A stretch of 61,593 nucleotides of DNA, the filler included, from Choristocarpus tenellus KU-1152 (Eukaryota; Protista; Phaeophyceae): the NCBI GenBank assembly GCA_964200185.2. It is 11 parts of 11 records of this genome, joined end to end, with 100 filler letters (N's around TTAATTAATTAA, not from the genome) between each part and the next. Parts side by side here need not be neighbours in the genome. Positions count along the whole stretch, not along the records: positions 50,900 to 57,504 come from CAXNAD020007764.1; positions 57,605 to 61,593 come from CAXNAD020016783.1; 9 more parts are not named here. One strand, written 5' to 3'. Below are positions 51,058 to 61,593 of the stretch, piece by piece. The notes below the pieces were generated by a model. That model did no database searches. It worked only from the letters and a program-made list of their open reading frames with translations, and was not told where the DNA came from. Every line of letters starts with the position of its first letter. Position 1 is the stretch's first letter. The translations under genes and the position numbers were made by a program.

Positions 51058-54000
51058 AAAAGAGAAGCGAGAAAGTTGAGGGTAGGGGGGTTTCAGCCGC
51101 AGCCCCTGTCATCAAAGTGAAACAGAACAATCAAACGCATCAGAACAGAACAATACTCTCAGATATCTGGGAACGATTCAATAGATACGGTGGTGATCAG
51201 TCAAAGCTTTCTTCGTTCTGCACTTTCACCCTCATCTAACTGTAGACATATATCTAGAGCCGGATCTTGTGCAGAATAGTTCTTTGATTGTTCACTAACT
51301 GAAAGCTGAAGGGTTAAAAAAAATACTTTACTTTAGGGACAGGTCACCTTTGAGATCTCCTTGACATTGAAATTCCTGACCACACGCAGCCATACGGTTT
51401 TCATGATCCAATCATTATACTATCACTATATGACGACTGATTGGTCTGACTCTGTAGCAACCATGTTTTAAGGGGACGACTGGTCCATTTCTTGGTTCGG
51501 TTACAATCCTTGGTGATCCTGGACCGGCATGTTGAACTATGTTTCACCACCTTCAGTCCGCAGCCTGGTCTGGTTGAAGTTTCTGACAGCCCTCAACCAG
51601 TGCCAATAAAAACATATTGCGTTTCACTGGGGCCACCCCATGGCCAAGTCCTGTCAAATTCACCCAGTGTGGTTAAATCCCTCTTTAAATCGTCGTAATC
51701 TAGTTATTGGGTGCTGGTGAGTTATGCCTGGGGGTTTCTTTCGGCTTCGCTTCTCAGAAACATCGAGGTTTTCACTTTTTAATTCTTTACTTTTTCTCCG
51801 GTATTTTTTTATTTCTCTCAAGCACTGTGCTCTGACTTTATTTTTTCTGGCTTCTGTTTCACCATGGGCTAAGGACGGGGAAGAAAAAATGGTCGAATAA
51901 TCAGCACTCAACCGATTCTGAAGACAAATTGGAGGTGCTTGCTGACTACGTATTGGGGGGTTGGTGGATTGGTATGATGGTATAGACTATAATGCTGATG
52001 GTTTAAGTGTAGTTCGTTGTACCAACAAGTAGTCCTCTCACAGCCATACACAAAGTGTGCCGCCAACCCCACTATTTCGAAACATAATTTCTCGGTTTGG
52101 GAACCCTTGAGCATATTTTGTGAATGTATCGGTGATGTTTCTAACTTGATAAAAAGTGTGGTTCGATACTGAAATACAACGTTGTAGCAAATAACAAAAT
52201 AATAGGAGTCCCAGAATATTATGTACATTCCTGTTCCACTATTTCTCCTTCGAATGTGCGTAGTGTGTGACTCCAAATCAGTGGTCTGGATAGGGTTTTG
52301 GTTGAGGTGATGGTCCAGCATGATTGACTATACTATACATTGTTGACAACATATGAAAGGCACGTACTGTAGTGTTACCAGTGAATGTCACAACGTCATA
52401 CTGCTCCATTGACTGCCAATTTCTCATTATCAGGTGCGATCTGAAAATTTTCTAGATTTCGTGTGTGACGATTGGTTGTGAAAGGGTTCTATTTTATTAT
52501 ACCTTTCCCCCTTTTCCTGCTGCTGGGAAGTTTGTATTGGAGGGTGACCTATCCATTTCTAACCTGAGAAGGCCACTGGGGCAGAGGTGCATAATGTACT
52601 CCTGTATCCTACTCACGACCAGGTTCATTATGCTATTTGGGGACATCGTAGCCTGGGCACGTTGTACATGGAGTCAATTTTGGGAGTGGTCCTGAGAACA
52701 GGGTTTTGTCAGTGCATCTTCTAAGCATTTATCTTGTTTTATGATGAGGCATTGGCTACTTCTGACATTCATTCCCTGTGGAAAAGCAACATATTTTATT
52801 CTGTGAAATGCAAAAAAGTCCTGAGTTGCTACTGCTGAAGGAATATCAAGCATTACGATCCATTAGAAAACCTGTCATGACAGTAGCAAATAATTATCAT
52901 TAAGAGTGTTACACACTACTGCACTATTGGATAAGAGAAAAGGGCACATTTGGTTACTTGAGATGGACTCTGAGGACCTGAGGCTGTGTGCACAGGATTC
53001 GAGGACTATGCTCTGCCAAGAACTTTAAAACGTTATCATTGGAGTGAGACATCTTAATCAACAAAATAGAATTGAGGTATCCAATGGGTTTTCACTGCCC
53101 CAGAAAAATCCTTCCATACATTGGTGTAGGATGTGATACAGTATGTGATCAAGTCATCCGCACAGAAGCAGAACTACATACCCTCAGCCTGGCACTCCAC
53201 TACAGCAGGTGATCAAGCAATCAAATGAATTGCTAGAGGTACAGTTATCCAGAGTGTACTCAGAGGGGTCATAGTATCTCAAGGATATTTCCTGATTACC
53301 CAAATTATTGCAAAATGAATCTCTCGCTCTGAAGGAAAAAATTGTAAAAGAAAACATCACACAAAACATTACCCAAGTGCACACACACGAAACGGTTTTA
53401 CATCGAGAGGGAAAGGGCAAGTATGAATAAAAAGAGTTCACATATTTCAAAGAATACTTCAAAGCATAGGATAGAAAAACAAATTTGTATGAACAAAATG
53501 AATAAATCTGTAGTACCACACACATCATGTGTCACGATCGAGACTTTTCTTCTCCCCCTCAATTGTGTTCTATCCTATCAACCAAACGGGATATTCGTTG
53601 CTGGGCAGAGTCACTACAATGGAGAGACGTATCTACTAATATTTTTTTGTCTCTTAATGAACTAAAACGTTCCAATTTTCCTATTATTTTACTCTTTGTG
53701 CCAATGGTATTACAAATACCAGTAATCTGCAAAAGTTAATATCAGTTTCTTACAAAAAAGTTTCATTCTTACTCATACCACAATGTTAAATCTATGTATT
53801 TCAATACATCAATGGCGGCAAATTTCGCGCCGTCTCATCCGTTACTTCACACCTGCTGGGAAAGAGAGGATTGCAAAAATTGCGGCAGCTCAACATCAAC
53901 CCAACTCAGGTTGAAGTAATATTTAGAAGAAGTGTGGCTTGTCGTGTAGATCCAGTCTTCAATGACAAAAAGGTCTCTTCAATTCCAAAAAGAGGCCTCG

Positions 54001-54630
54001 CCAATACAACACTCCACTCTAAGAACGAAAAAAGGAACTCAACTTTGGAAGGCTGAAAGGTGAACAAAAACTCCTTCGTCAGACACAAACACGCTTAACC
54101 AGAACAGGCCAGCAAAAAACAAAATATGGTTGCAAAATGATTTTTTTCTTTTTTGCAACAAAAGTTGTTGACACCGTCCGGACTCCTGCAGCAACAACCC
54201 CCATAATCTCTTATTGTAATGATAATAATGCAAAGTGTTCACCCTTTGTCAAGATGAGTCCAACTTGGAAACACCCCACTGCAGAGTCCCTCCTTGGGCG
54301 TTTCCGCAACGTAGTCGACAGGACCATGTCTCTACCAACTAAAGACACACATTCTCAAGAGCAACTATGACAGTTTAAGGGTTCGAGACTTCACTATAGC
54401 CGCAATTAATGATGTTCGCTAGAACACCAATGGGAAGAGGCAGCAAGAGGTAGCCCTCAACAAGCACCTCTGCACCCAAACTTGCAGACCTTGAATCTCT
54501 CAGCGGGGGATTGGTGGACCTATTACATGATAGAGTAGTTTCAGTTTAACAAAGGGTTATACAATGTAGGGGGTGCCAAGATGTAATCCCATGAGTAGCA
54601 GAAAGCTAAATGGGCAAAGGGCCTGTGGGA

Positions 54631-56679
54631 CTAAACAGACATTGCACTGCTAGCTGTTGTTGCCCCTATAGGGCGGGTAGGCTGCTGTCGCAGCAAGGTT
54701 AACAGCTCCTTACGGGTGGCAAGTGCTTCTTGCCTCATACCAAACTCCTCTTCAAGCTTTGCGCGCTTGTCAAGCTCATCAATGCGCTGCTGCCTCTCGC
54801 CCAAGCACGCCAGCCGTGTCACCTCCCGACGGAGTAGCGCGAACTCCTCCGCCGATCTCTCTAGTAACTCCTCAAATTTTCGTTTCGTATTCTCACGACT
54901 CTTTCCCTTCCCACCTAATAACACATCCTCCAGGCTCCCCCTTTCCCCTAGGTGTTGAGATTGCCTGCCCTCTGACTCTCCAACAGCCCTGTCACAAGCA
55001 TACTCCCCTCCTGAATCTGGTCGCTGCTCCACGAAAGGGCCACTACATGCAGGGGTTCCACCACCGCTCTCACCACCTTCGCCGTCAGTGGCATCCATCT
55101 CGTTGCTATTGACGTTCTCAGCACCACCCCTATTCATCCCACCATTGACCAGTTTACCACTGCCGCCCTTTGAGAATGACAATGAGAAGTCCCCGGACAG
55201 CGTCAAGTCCCCAGCGCGTTGTTTGCTGAACGGACCACAGCACACGAAGAGCAGGAGGTGCTGTGGTACCCAGTGAGGGGGCATCGCCTTATTGACCATT
55301 CCATCAACCACGACAGAAGATTCACATCCCTCAACAACCAACACAGACGATGCTGATGGTTCTTCCAGGTCATGGATAGCATTGTCATCTCTTGCATGGT
55401 CCAGCGCAACAGTGGTATCTGGCCTTTTCTCCTCAACTGAGTCATGAGGATAATCGAAATTGACATCACCACCATTTTGGGCATCCGGTGCATTATGGTT
55501 GGGCCTCTTGTCTGCTGTCTTTGTCCGACCTGTTCTTGCTGCTAGCTCTTTTCCCCACAAGTACACACAGAAGCCCTCTAAGAATTTCCCATAGTCTTCA
55601 CAAGGGTCAAGGTTACCCTCTGCAAGTTCCCTGCATGGCAACAGATACACACAAACACCTGTCAATTGGATGAACCACATGCCTGAGAAAGTCGAGGATG
55701 GGGTCACAAAGGTTCAATCATCTCAGTACTGCTGGTGTTCTTGTGGAGGGTAAGGGTGGGGAGGGGGGGGATACTCTTCAATTAAAAATATATGATCGGC
55801 ATCAACACAGATGCGACTCACTGCTTGATTCGAGGCACGTACTCGTTCGCCACCTTCTTACATGCCTCCCTCCACCTGGCCCACATGCCCTTGCCACTTT
55901 GCTGAAACGTCCTCGGCTTGCCACCCTTATTTTTTCCTGCACAAAAAAGCGAACGAGATGGGAACTCGAATCTAATGATTTTTTTGGGACTTCGAGTTGG
56001 AAGCGAATCAACATCTCATGTCTAAATTCTTGTGCATCTTTCTGCCTAGGTATCTAACTCCACCGCTGTTCGGTCAATGATCTATCCTAATCCATCCCGA
56101 CTTTCGATGATACGTTTCATGTAACCTATCGTGAAACTACAAAAAGGAGCATTTGCTTGGACCACGCGTTTGAGGATATTCCTGAGTGAACACAATCTGC
56201 AACAATACTGAGGCGAGCGAAGCTTATATCAACAGTTATTCTGCCAAGTAAAACCCACCACCCAGGGTTGTCTGCAACATTAGCTCAAGAGTGGGAGTAG
56301 AAGCCGGCACCTCGGTTGCCTCCTCAGTCAAAAATTTCAACATCCCTGGGGCGCCAACTTTCACATAGATGTCCGTAGCCGCCTCTAAGCGGTCTGCCTT
56401 CTTCCCTTTCTTTCCTTTTTCCTTCACCGCTAGTGCGGAATATGCAATTGGCACTTCTTGATATACTTTGAGGCTGTGTGCGGTCAAGCGACCTTCCGTA
56501 CGAACATGGTTGTCCAGCCTACGAAGAACCCATTGTACAAGTGGAGAATACTCCAGACCCAGAGATAAGGTCTTTTCCATAACAGTAGGATTAACGCAAG
56601 AGAGCGGGTCGTTTCGAAGAGGCTCAAGCAGAGTGTGGCGGTAGTATGTAGGTGCTTGATTGTGACAGATGTCCATCAT
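54631..56679 (-). CDS. Intact 3-exon gene, about 510 aa, resembling the Myb/SANT-like partner ORF of PIF/Harbinger transposons (exons 56679-56262, 55936-55822, 55630-54631)
   Basis: Exon lengths 418+115+1000 = 1533 nt, with phases 1 and 2 matching at GT-AG junctions and no stop. Motifs are EVPIAYSALAV...SGKGMWARWREACKKVANEYVP...LDPCED, then a disordered middle and a C-terminal coiled coil. The family call is pattern-based and the start codon is uncertain. Confidence 0.6.
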
Positions 56680-57433
56680 ACATTGATCCTTCGCGCCAAG
56701 TTCAAATGATGTCGATGTGAGGAAATATTGTCGTGTTTCGTAAAAGGTTGGATGGCCGAATCCTTACCAACAACTCCTTTAAATAGAAGTGTAGTTCCAA
56801 AATATAATGGATTGTTGTTGTAGTATGAGAAGCATTATCCAAAGTATGCAGTAGAACGTACTGACAACAACGTGAAGGACACAACCTCCACTTCTTACAC
56901 TCTCCACCTTACTCCTACTAATTAATGCTCCACTGATTTGTTTGTTTTGATATCAGATTTTGTAACCCGTCTAGCGGTATCGTAACCACTTCCAACAACA
57001 TGGATCATCTACATTTTGGTTTATTTGTAAATGTTCATTTTGTGTTCTTATTGGTCGTTTCTATATCGTGGTACACCTGTAGGACTCATACTACGTATCT
57101 ATTATTTTGTACAATTTCACCTGGAAGGGGACAACAAAGATTTCAACCCTTTACAACATAATCCAAAAGCACCCATATTGTGTGGAATGTCAGACAGAGG
57201 ATCACATGAACTGCGAGGGACAAAGACTGCCAAGACACAATAACGAAATTGACAGACTCCACAAGGAAGGGTGAAGTGGGTTCAGTTTGTGAGATTAATC
57301 GACTCGCAAGATTGGATGTTTCTGGTGGACGTATGTGACCGAACTAGACAACTGGTGAAGGTGAGGGGAGACAAGGGCACTAGTTCCAAGAGGTCATCAT
57401 GGCTCACTGACCTGGGACCTACTATGCAGACAA

Positions 57434-57504
57434 GAGTGAAAATATCTTAGAGGGTACGAGTTTTGCCCTGTTTGTCCATTTGGGGCTTGGCTTCCCATAG
57501 GTTC
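57434..57504 (-). mobile_element. MITE family A, partial, at contig end
   Basis: GAGTGAAAATATCTTAGAGGGTACGAGTTTTGCCCTGTTTGTCCATTTGGGGCTTGGCTTCCC. Confidence 0.9.
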
Positions 57505-57640
57505 NNNNNNNNNNNNNNNNNNNNNNNNNNNNNNNNNNNNNNNNNNNNTTAATTAATTAANNNNNNNNNNNNNNNNNNNNNNNNNNNNNNNNNNNNNNNN
57601 NNNNAACAAAAAACCTTTTGTACACCCCAAACCAAAAACT

Positions 57641-57815
57641 CGGGGGGGGGGGGGGGGGGGGGGCAGTCTACACCAGGGTGTCCATTTGGGCCTGACCAGG
57701 AAAATTGCACATACATTACCCATCCGAAAAATGCAACCAAACCACCCAAAAATCGCGACATGAAAAAATTGACCTCAAAATGGACAGCCGACACCCCCCC
57801 CAGATACTTTGAGCC
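57641..57815 (-). mobile_element. MITE family B in LPAAT intron 3
   Basis: Ends CCCCCCCCAGATACTTTGAGCC. The other end dissolves into a G-run near the contig start. Confidence 0.88.
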
Positions 57816-57829
57816 CGTCAATTCAGCAC

Positions 57830-59563
57830 CTGGGAAGGCGGTTATGGAGTTTCCATTACGGATGCATCGTTCTGCGCGCTGCAGAAGCTGCCGAAACGAG
57901 GCTGGGGTATTTCTGCTTACAAAAATGTCTTGTGCCAAAGCACCCTTCCAGCCCAAAAATGGCACCCAAAATAGCTCCTTTTTCATTAGATACTGTGTTG
58001 TTCACACGTGCAAGTCAGGGGGATAATGAAAGAAATGAACAATTTGTTCCATTGTGCTTCACTGTTTGGGTTTCACTTGGACAAGCTCAAGGCATTGGGG
58101 GTGGGGGGTGGGGGGGAGGTTGAAGATTGTTGTTGGGTACTTGAGACTGCCGTGTGTAGTACACCTGTACTGGTATGTTGAAGGACAGAGAGATTCTGGT
58201 GCAAGTGCAGGCTTCTTATAGGCTTCATATGGTCTCTTTCTTCGTCACACATAACAGTCAAACCAATCAGCTTCATGTTGCATCGCAAAGGGAATATTTT
58301 TGGAATAGAAGTGGGGTACTGCTCAACAAAACAGTGCCTCACAACGAGAGCAATCCTTCAATCTAATAGCTCTACCCCAGAATCACAGATGACCAAGGCG
58401 AGCCACCTACCTTGGACAGGCGGGGCAGGAATGCCATAGCCGGTATGTCCAGATAGGAAGAGTGATTCGCGACGAATATGACTGGCTCCCCGTTAGGGGG
58501 AATTAGGTCAGCGCCCTCAACTCGCGGTTGGATGCCCATCGTCCACAGAATGATTCGGCTCCACAGTGTGCCTACAGCACTCGGGAGACGCATGCGGTTT
58601 CGAGAGAAGATTCCGTCCACTACAGCCCCCAGAGCACAGAAGGGAAACAAAACAACAGACCACAGCAATGCCTGTAACCCGTAAAGAACACCATAGCTGT
58701 TGAGAAAGGAAAAGATGAAGGGAGGGTGGTGAGAGGTCAATTGTCCGCTGACTTATGACATTTGGCAAGCGAAAACTACAGAAATTATGGTGGAAGAGGA
58801 CGCAGGATTGACGATGTGAGTCCATTTTTGGACATGGCAGTGTCATTGCCAAGTTCGCAAGTATGCGTTATGAAAATTACTTGGTGACCTTCTCACTTGA
58901 ACTCCGTTGCCCTGCAGAGTTCTAATCGGGAGAAGACTTTCTTCAATTCTATTTTCTTACATTTGAACTTATCGTTATCAATAGGATCCTTGGGAGTTCA
59001 AAAAATGGGATTGCAGAGACGATAATGGGGGCTCTTAACCTGTGTTCATCAATAATAACATCACCACCTTCCCTCGATTGCTTGATCAAGTACTTACTGA
59101 AGGACGGGTTGAGTCCATGGGAAAGCATAATCGAGATCCACAAGTCTTCTGAACTTGGAGTTGCAGAGCGTGTCCGATGCATAGGCCAGAAAATAATTAT
59201 AGTTTTCCAGGACAGAGGTAATCCCAGTCAAACTAACCTGTTCAACACTTTTCCGCCAAAGGATATATGTGGACCAAGGTCGATGCCATGTTTGGTGTTA
59301 TCGACCTCGATCGGCACATCGACACTGTGGCTATGGGAGGTTAAGTGTGAGCCCACAAGTGTAGACCCGGCAAATTTCTCGATTTGAAAGGGTTCTGTGG
59401 AGTGCTGGTGATAAACCTGGAAAGGAATCTTCGCAATCTTGGGACATGATCCTCCAGCAACGCTACAGAATGCCAAGCATCTGCGGGAAGCGGTACACGA
59501 TGCTAAATATAGAAGAAAGAGGTATGTAAAATAAGATACACCAACAAGACTTCTTCGCCTCAT
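57830..59563 (-). CDS. plsC: 1-acyl-sn-glycerol-3-phosphate acyltransferase (LPAAT/PlsC), probably plastid-targeted, first three exons (59563-59238, 58696-58411, 57992-57830); 3' part missing
   Basis: Catalytic NHSSYLD (NHx4D), then K|YLMKKELFWVPFLGW, FVSR and AFP+G| (start of FPEG). Phases 2 and 0 match. The N-terminus has a hydrophobic signal followed by CLAF. Confidence 0.92.
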
Positions 59564-60460
59564 GTACTCTTAGTGGATTTAGGGTTAGATTGGAGCACAA
59601 CTGACCATCTTGAGTTGTTGGTTTATTGTGTTAAAAAACCCTACAAAATCTTCTTTATTAGGGTTAGGGCTAGAACTACAAGCACATATTACTGTTGTAA
59701 AACATCAACAAATCAACTGACACATTCTTTATCTATCTGTAAAATCTTGGAATATCTTGTCGAGTGGGGGAATTGATTGCGTTGCAATGAGGAAAAAGGT
59801 GAAGATGAAGGTGAGAGTTGATTTTTTTCAAGCTCACTCACGAACAGAGGACAGATGCTAATAGTAGAATAGATGAAGACAAATTGACTCTGACTATGGG
59901 ACGAACGTTGGAGTTGGTTTTCTTAGTTTGGTGTAAATCATAGCAATAATAGAGGATAAGAGGAGAACGGATGAATTGGCATTGTGGGGGGGTGAGGATG
60001 GAGGAATTGATTTTCGCGAATTTCCCCTGAAGAGAAAGGAGGATAAGGCTACTACATATATATATATATATATATGCGACACAGGATAGTAGGAGGTATA
60101 ACAAGTAGGTTCGTTGCGATCCAAGTCATGAATAAAGAAAAGTGAGTGAACTCACACAGTAGTACTACTACTTACTGTTGTATTATTTCTTGGTCCTACT
60201 ACATCATAATAACTTGGCATCCAATCTTCTCCGATTACACTACATATAGGTCTTCCTCCTGACCACACGTACAACACAACAATAAAATTGCTGCTTGATG
60301 GTCGATTCCCCGTCCCTCCTATCAATAATCCCAAATAAATGTCCATACACATACACATCATATATATTCGTATTCATCTACATATTATATATATGTATCA
60401 TAACATATTATATATATATGTATCATATTATCAAGAAGCATACCTACCTTGCTTAGCCAA

Positions 60461-60641
60461 GGCTCAAAGTACCTGGGGGAAGGGGTGGCGGCTGTTCATT
60501 AGGGGTCAATTTTTTCGCGTCGCAATTTTTGGGTGATTTGGTTGCATACGTCGGATGGATAATGTAAATACACTTTTCCTGATTTGGGATCAAATGGACA
60601 CCCCGGTGTAGACCCCCTCCCACCCCCAGATACTTTGTATT
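60461..60641 (+). mobile_element. MITE family B, near full length (about 180 bp)
   Basis: GGCTCAAAGTACCTGGGGG...CCCCCAGATACTTTG inverted ends. Confidence 0.85.
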
Positions 60642-61207
60642 GGTAAAAAGGGATAAAAAAATTATACATATGAGAGGGGTGAAACTATCCCAGAAAGTAT
60701 TACCTCCATATATACAACACGATGTGCACCCAATATATATATATGTCTCTTCCATTGTTGTGGTCATCTCTCCCACAGGCACATTCGCAGGATCCCCCTA
60801 CATCGCAAAACAAATTTCAAGTTGTACCCAACCATCATTAGCCCTACAGTCTCTACTCGATCGCTTTGATGGGAAGTGTGCCCAAGAAATAATAGTATCT
60901 TACACAATTTCATCCCCAAAGCCCTAACCCTTGCAATGCATACAGCAGAGGTTGCTCCAACAACCAAGCGGCACATTGACCTGTTAGACCAAGAGTCAAA
61001 GACAAAGCTGAATAGAGAGAGGGTCAAAAGCCGTTCTCTCGCCACAATACCCTACAAATGTGAAGGGAGAGGTGAAAGGGTTCATTAATAGTGGCATAGC
61101 CCTTTCTTACACGTATGAAATGCACTCCATAGTTAAACCCTACCAAGGTTGGTCCGACCATGGGCAAATTGACCTCAGACCACACTAAGTCCTCATGCTT
61201 ACCCACA

Positions 61208-61466
61208 GAGTCAAAGTAAACGAGATGTACTCAGAGTATCATTTTAAGGATGCTTGCAACTATGCACCAAAATTTATCTTTTTGTCAAACGCATATAGGG
61301 TATTTTCTGAATTGCGTCCAAAGGTTTCAAACAAGGGAGAAATCAACGCTCAAAAATCAGCAGCAATTCATCAATAGAAACGTGGGTAAATTGGGGGAAA
61401 AAACTTGAAAGAAATTTCAAAAGGCAAAATGGCCAAAACCTAGGTACCTCTCGTTTACTTTGACTC
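61208..61466 (+). mobile_element. MITE family C, full length (259 bp)
   Basis: 23-bp TIRs GAGTCAAAGTAAACGAGATGTAC and GTACCTCTCGTTTACTTTGACTC (1 mismatch). Confidence 0.9.
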
Positions 61467-61593
61467 GAATGAAAAAGGCGAGACTTTATCCTCTATGATT
61501 GCAGTCTACAACACAACAAGTGGAGGGGGGGGGGAGGGGGGGGGGATAATTAAGTGGGGTATAGAGTAAATTCAATAAAAGCTTCGACACTGG

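Noticed and set aside
7715-57604. Regularly recurring TTAATTAATTAA palindrome within N runs
   Set aside because: It is an artificial six-frame-stop linker joining contigs. It also invalidates any gene-cluster reading across spacers.

Overview
This is eukaryotic nuclear DNA, almost certainly from a brown alga (Phaeophyceae), judged by a typical brown-algal Lhcf/FCP gene, long GT-AG introns and TTAGGG tracts. It is not one locus. Eleven short contigs are concatenated with artificial 100-nt spacers (44N+TTAATTAATTAA+44N), so neighbours across spacers are unrelated, and most ORF-track entries are spurious. Splicing exons by hand gives: a complete FCP gene; partial genes for a ferlin, a UIM-repeat protein, a DOA10/MARCH6 E3 ligase, an AKR7A-type aldo-keto reductase, a coiled-coil protein and a plastid-targeted LPAAT; a multi-exon Ser/Thr kinase that is probably a pseudogene; an intact 3-exon gene resembling the Myb/SANT partner protein of PIF/Harbinger transposons; and a decayed intronless ORF block. 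The strongest unexplained structure is a clan of three sibling MITE families (A, B, C; about 180-260 bp). They share a G(A/G)NTCAAAGT terminus, total at least 16 copies or fragments, include one nested insertion, and sit at many contig ends. Family-A copies differ at several CpG sites by CG>TG/CA, which suggests TE cytosine methylation in a group whose model species lacks it. No CRISPR, rRNA or tRNA was seen, and no definitive new multi-gene system can be claimed.
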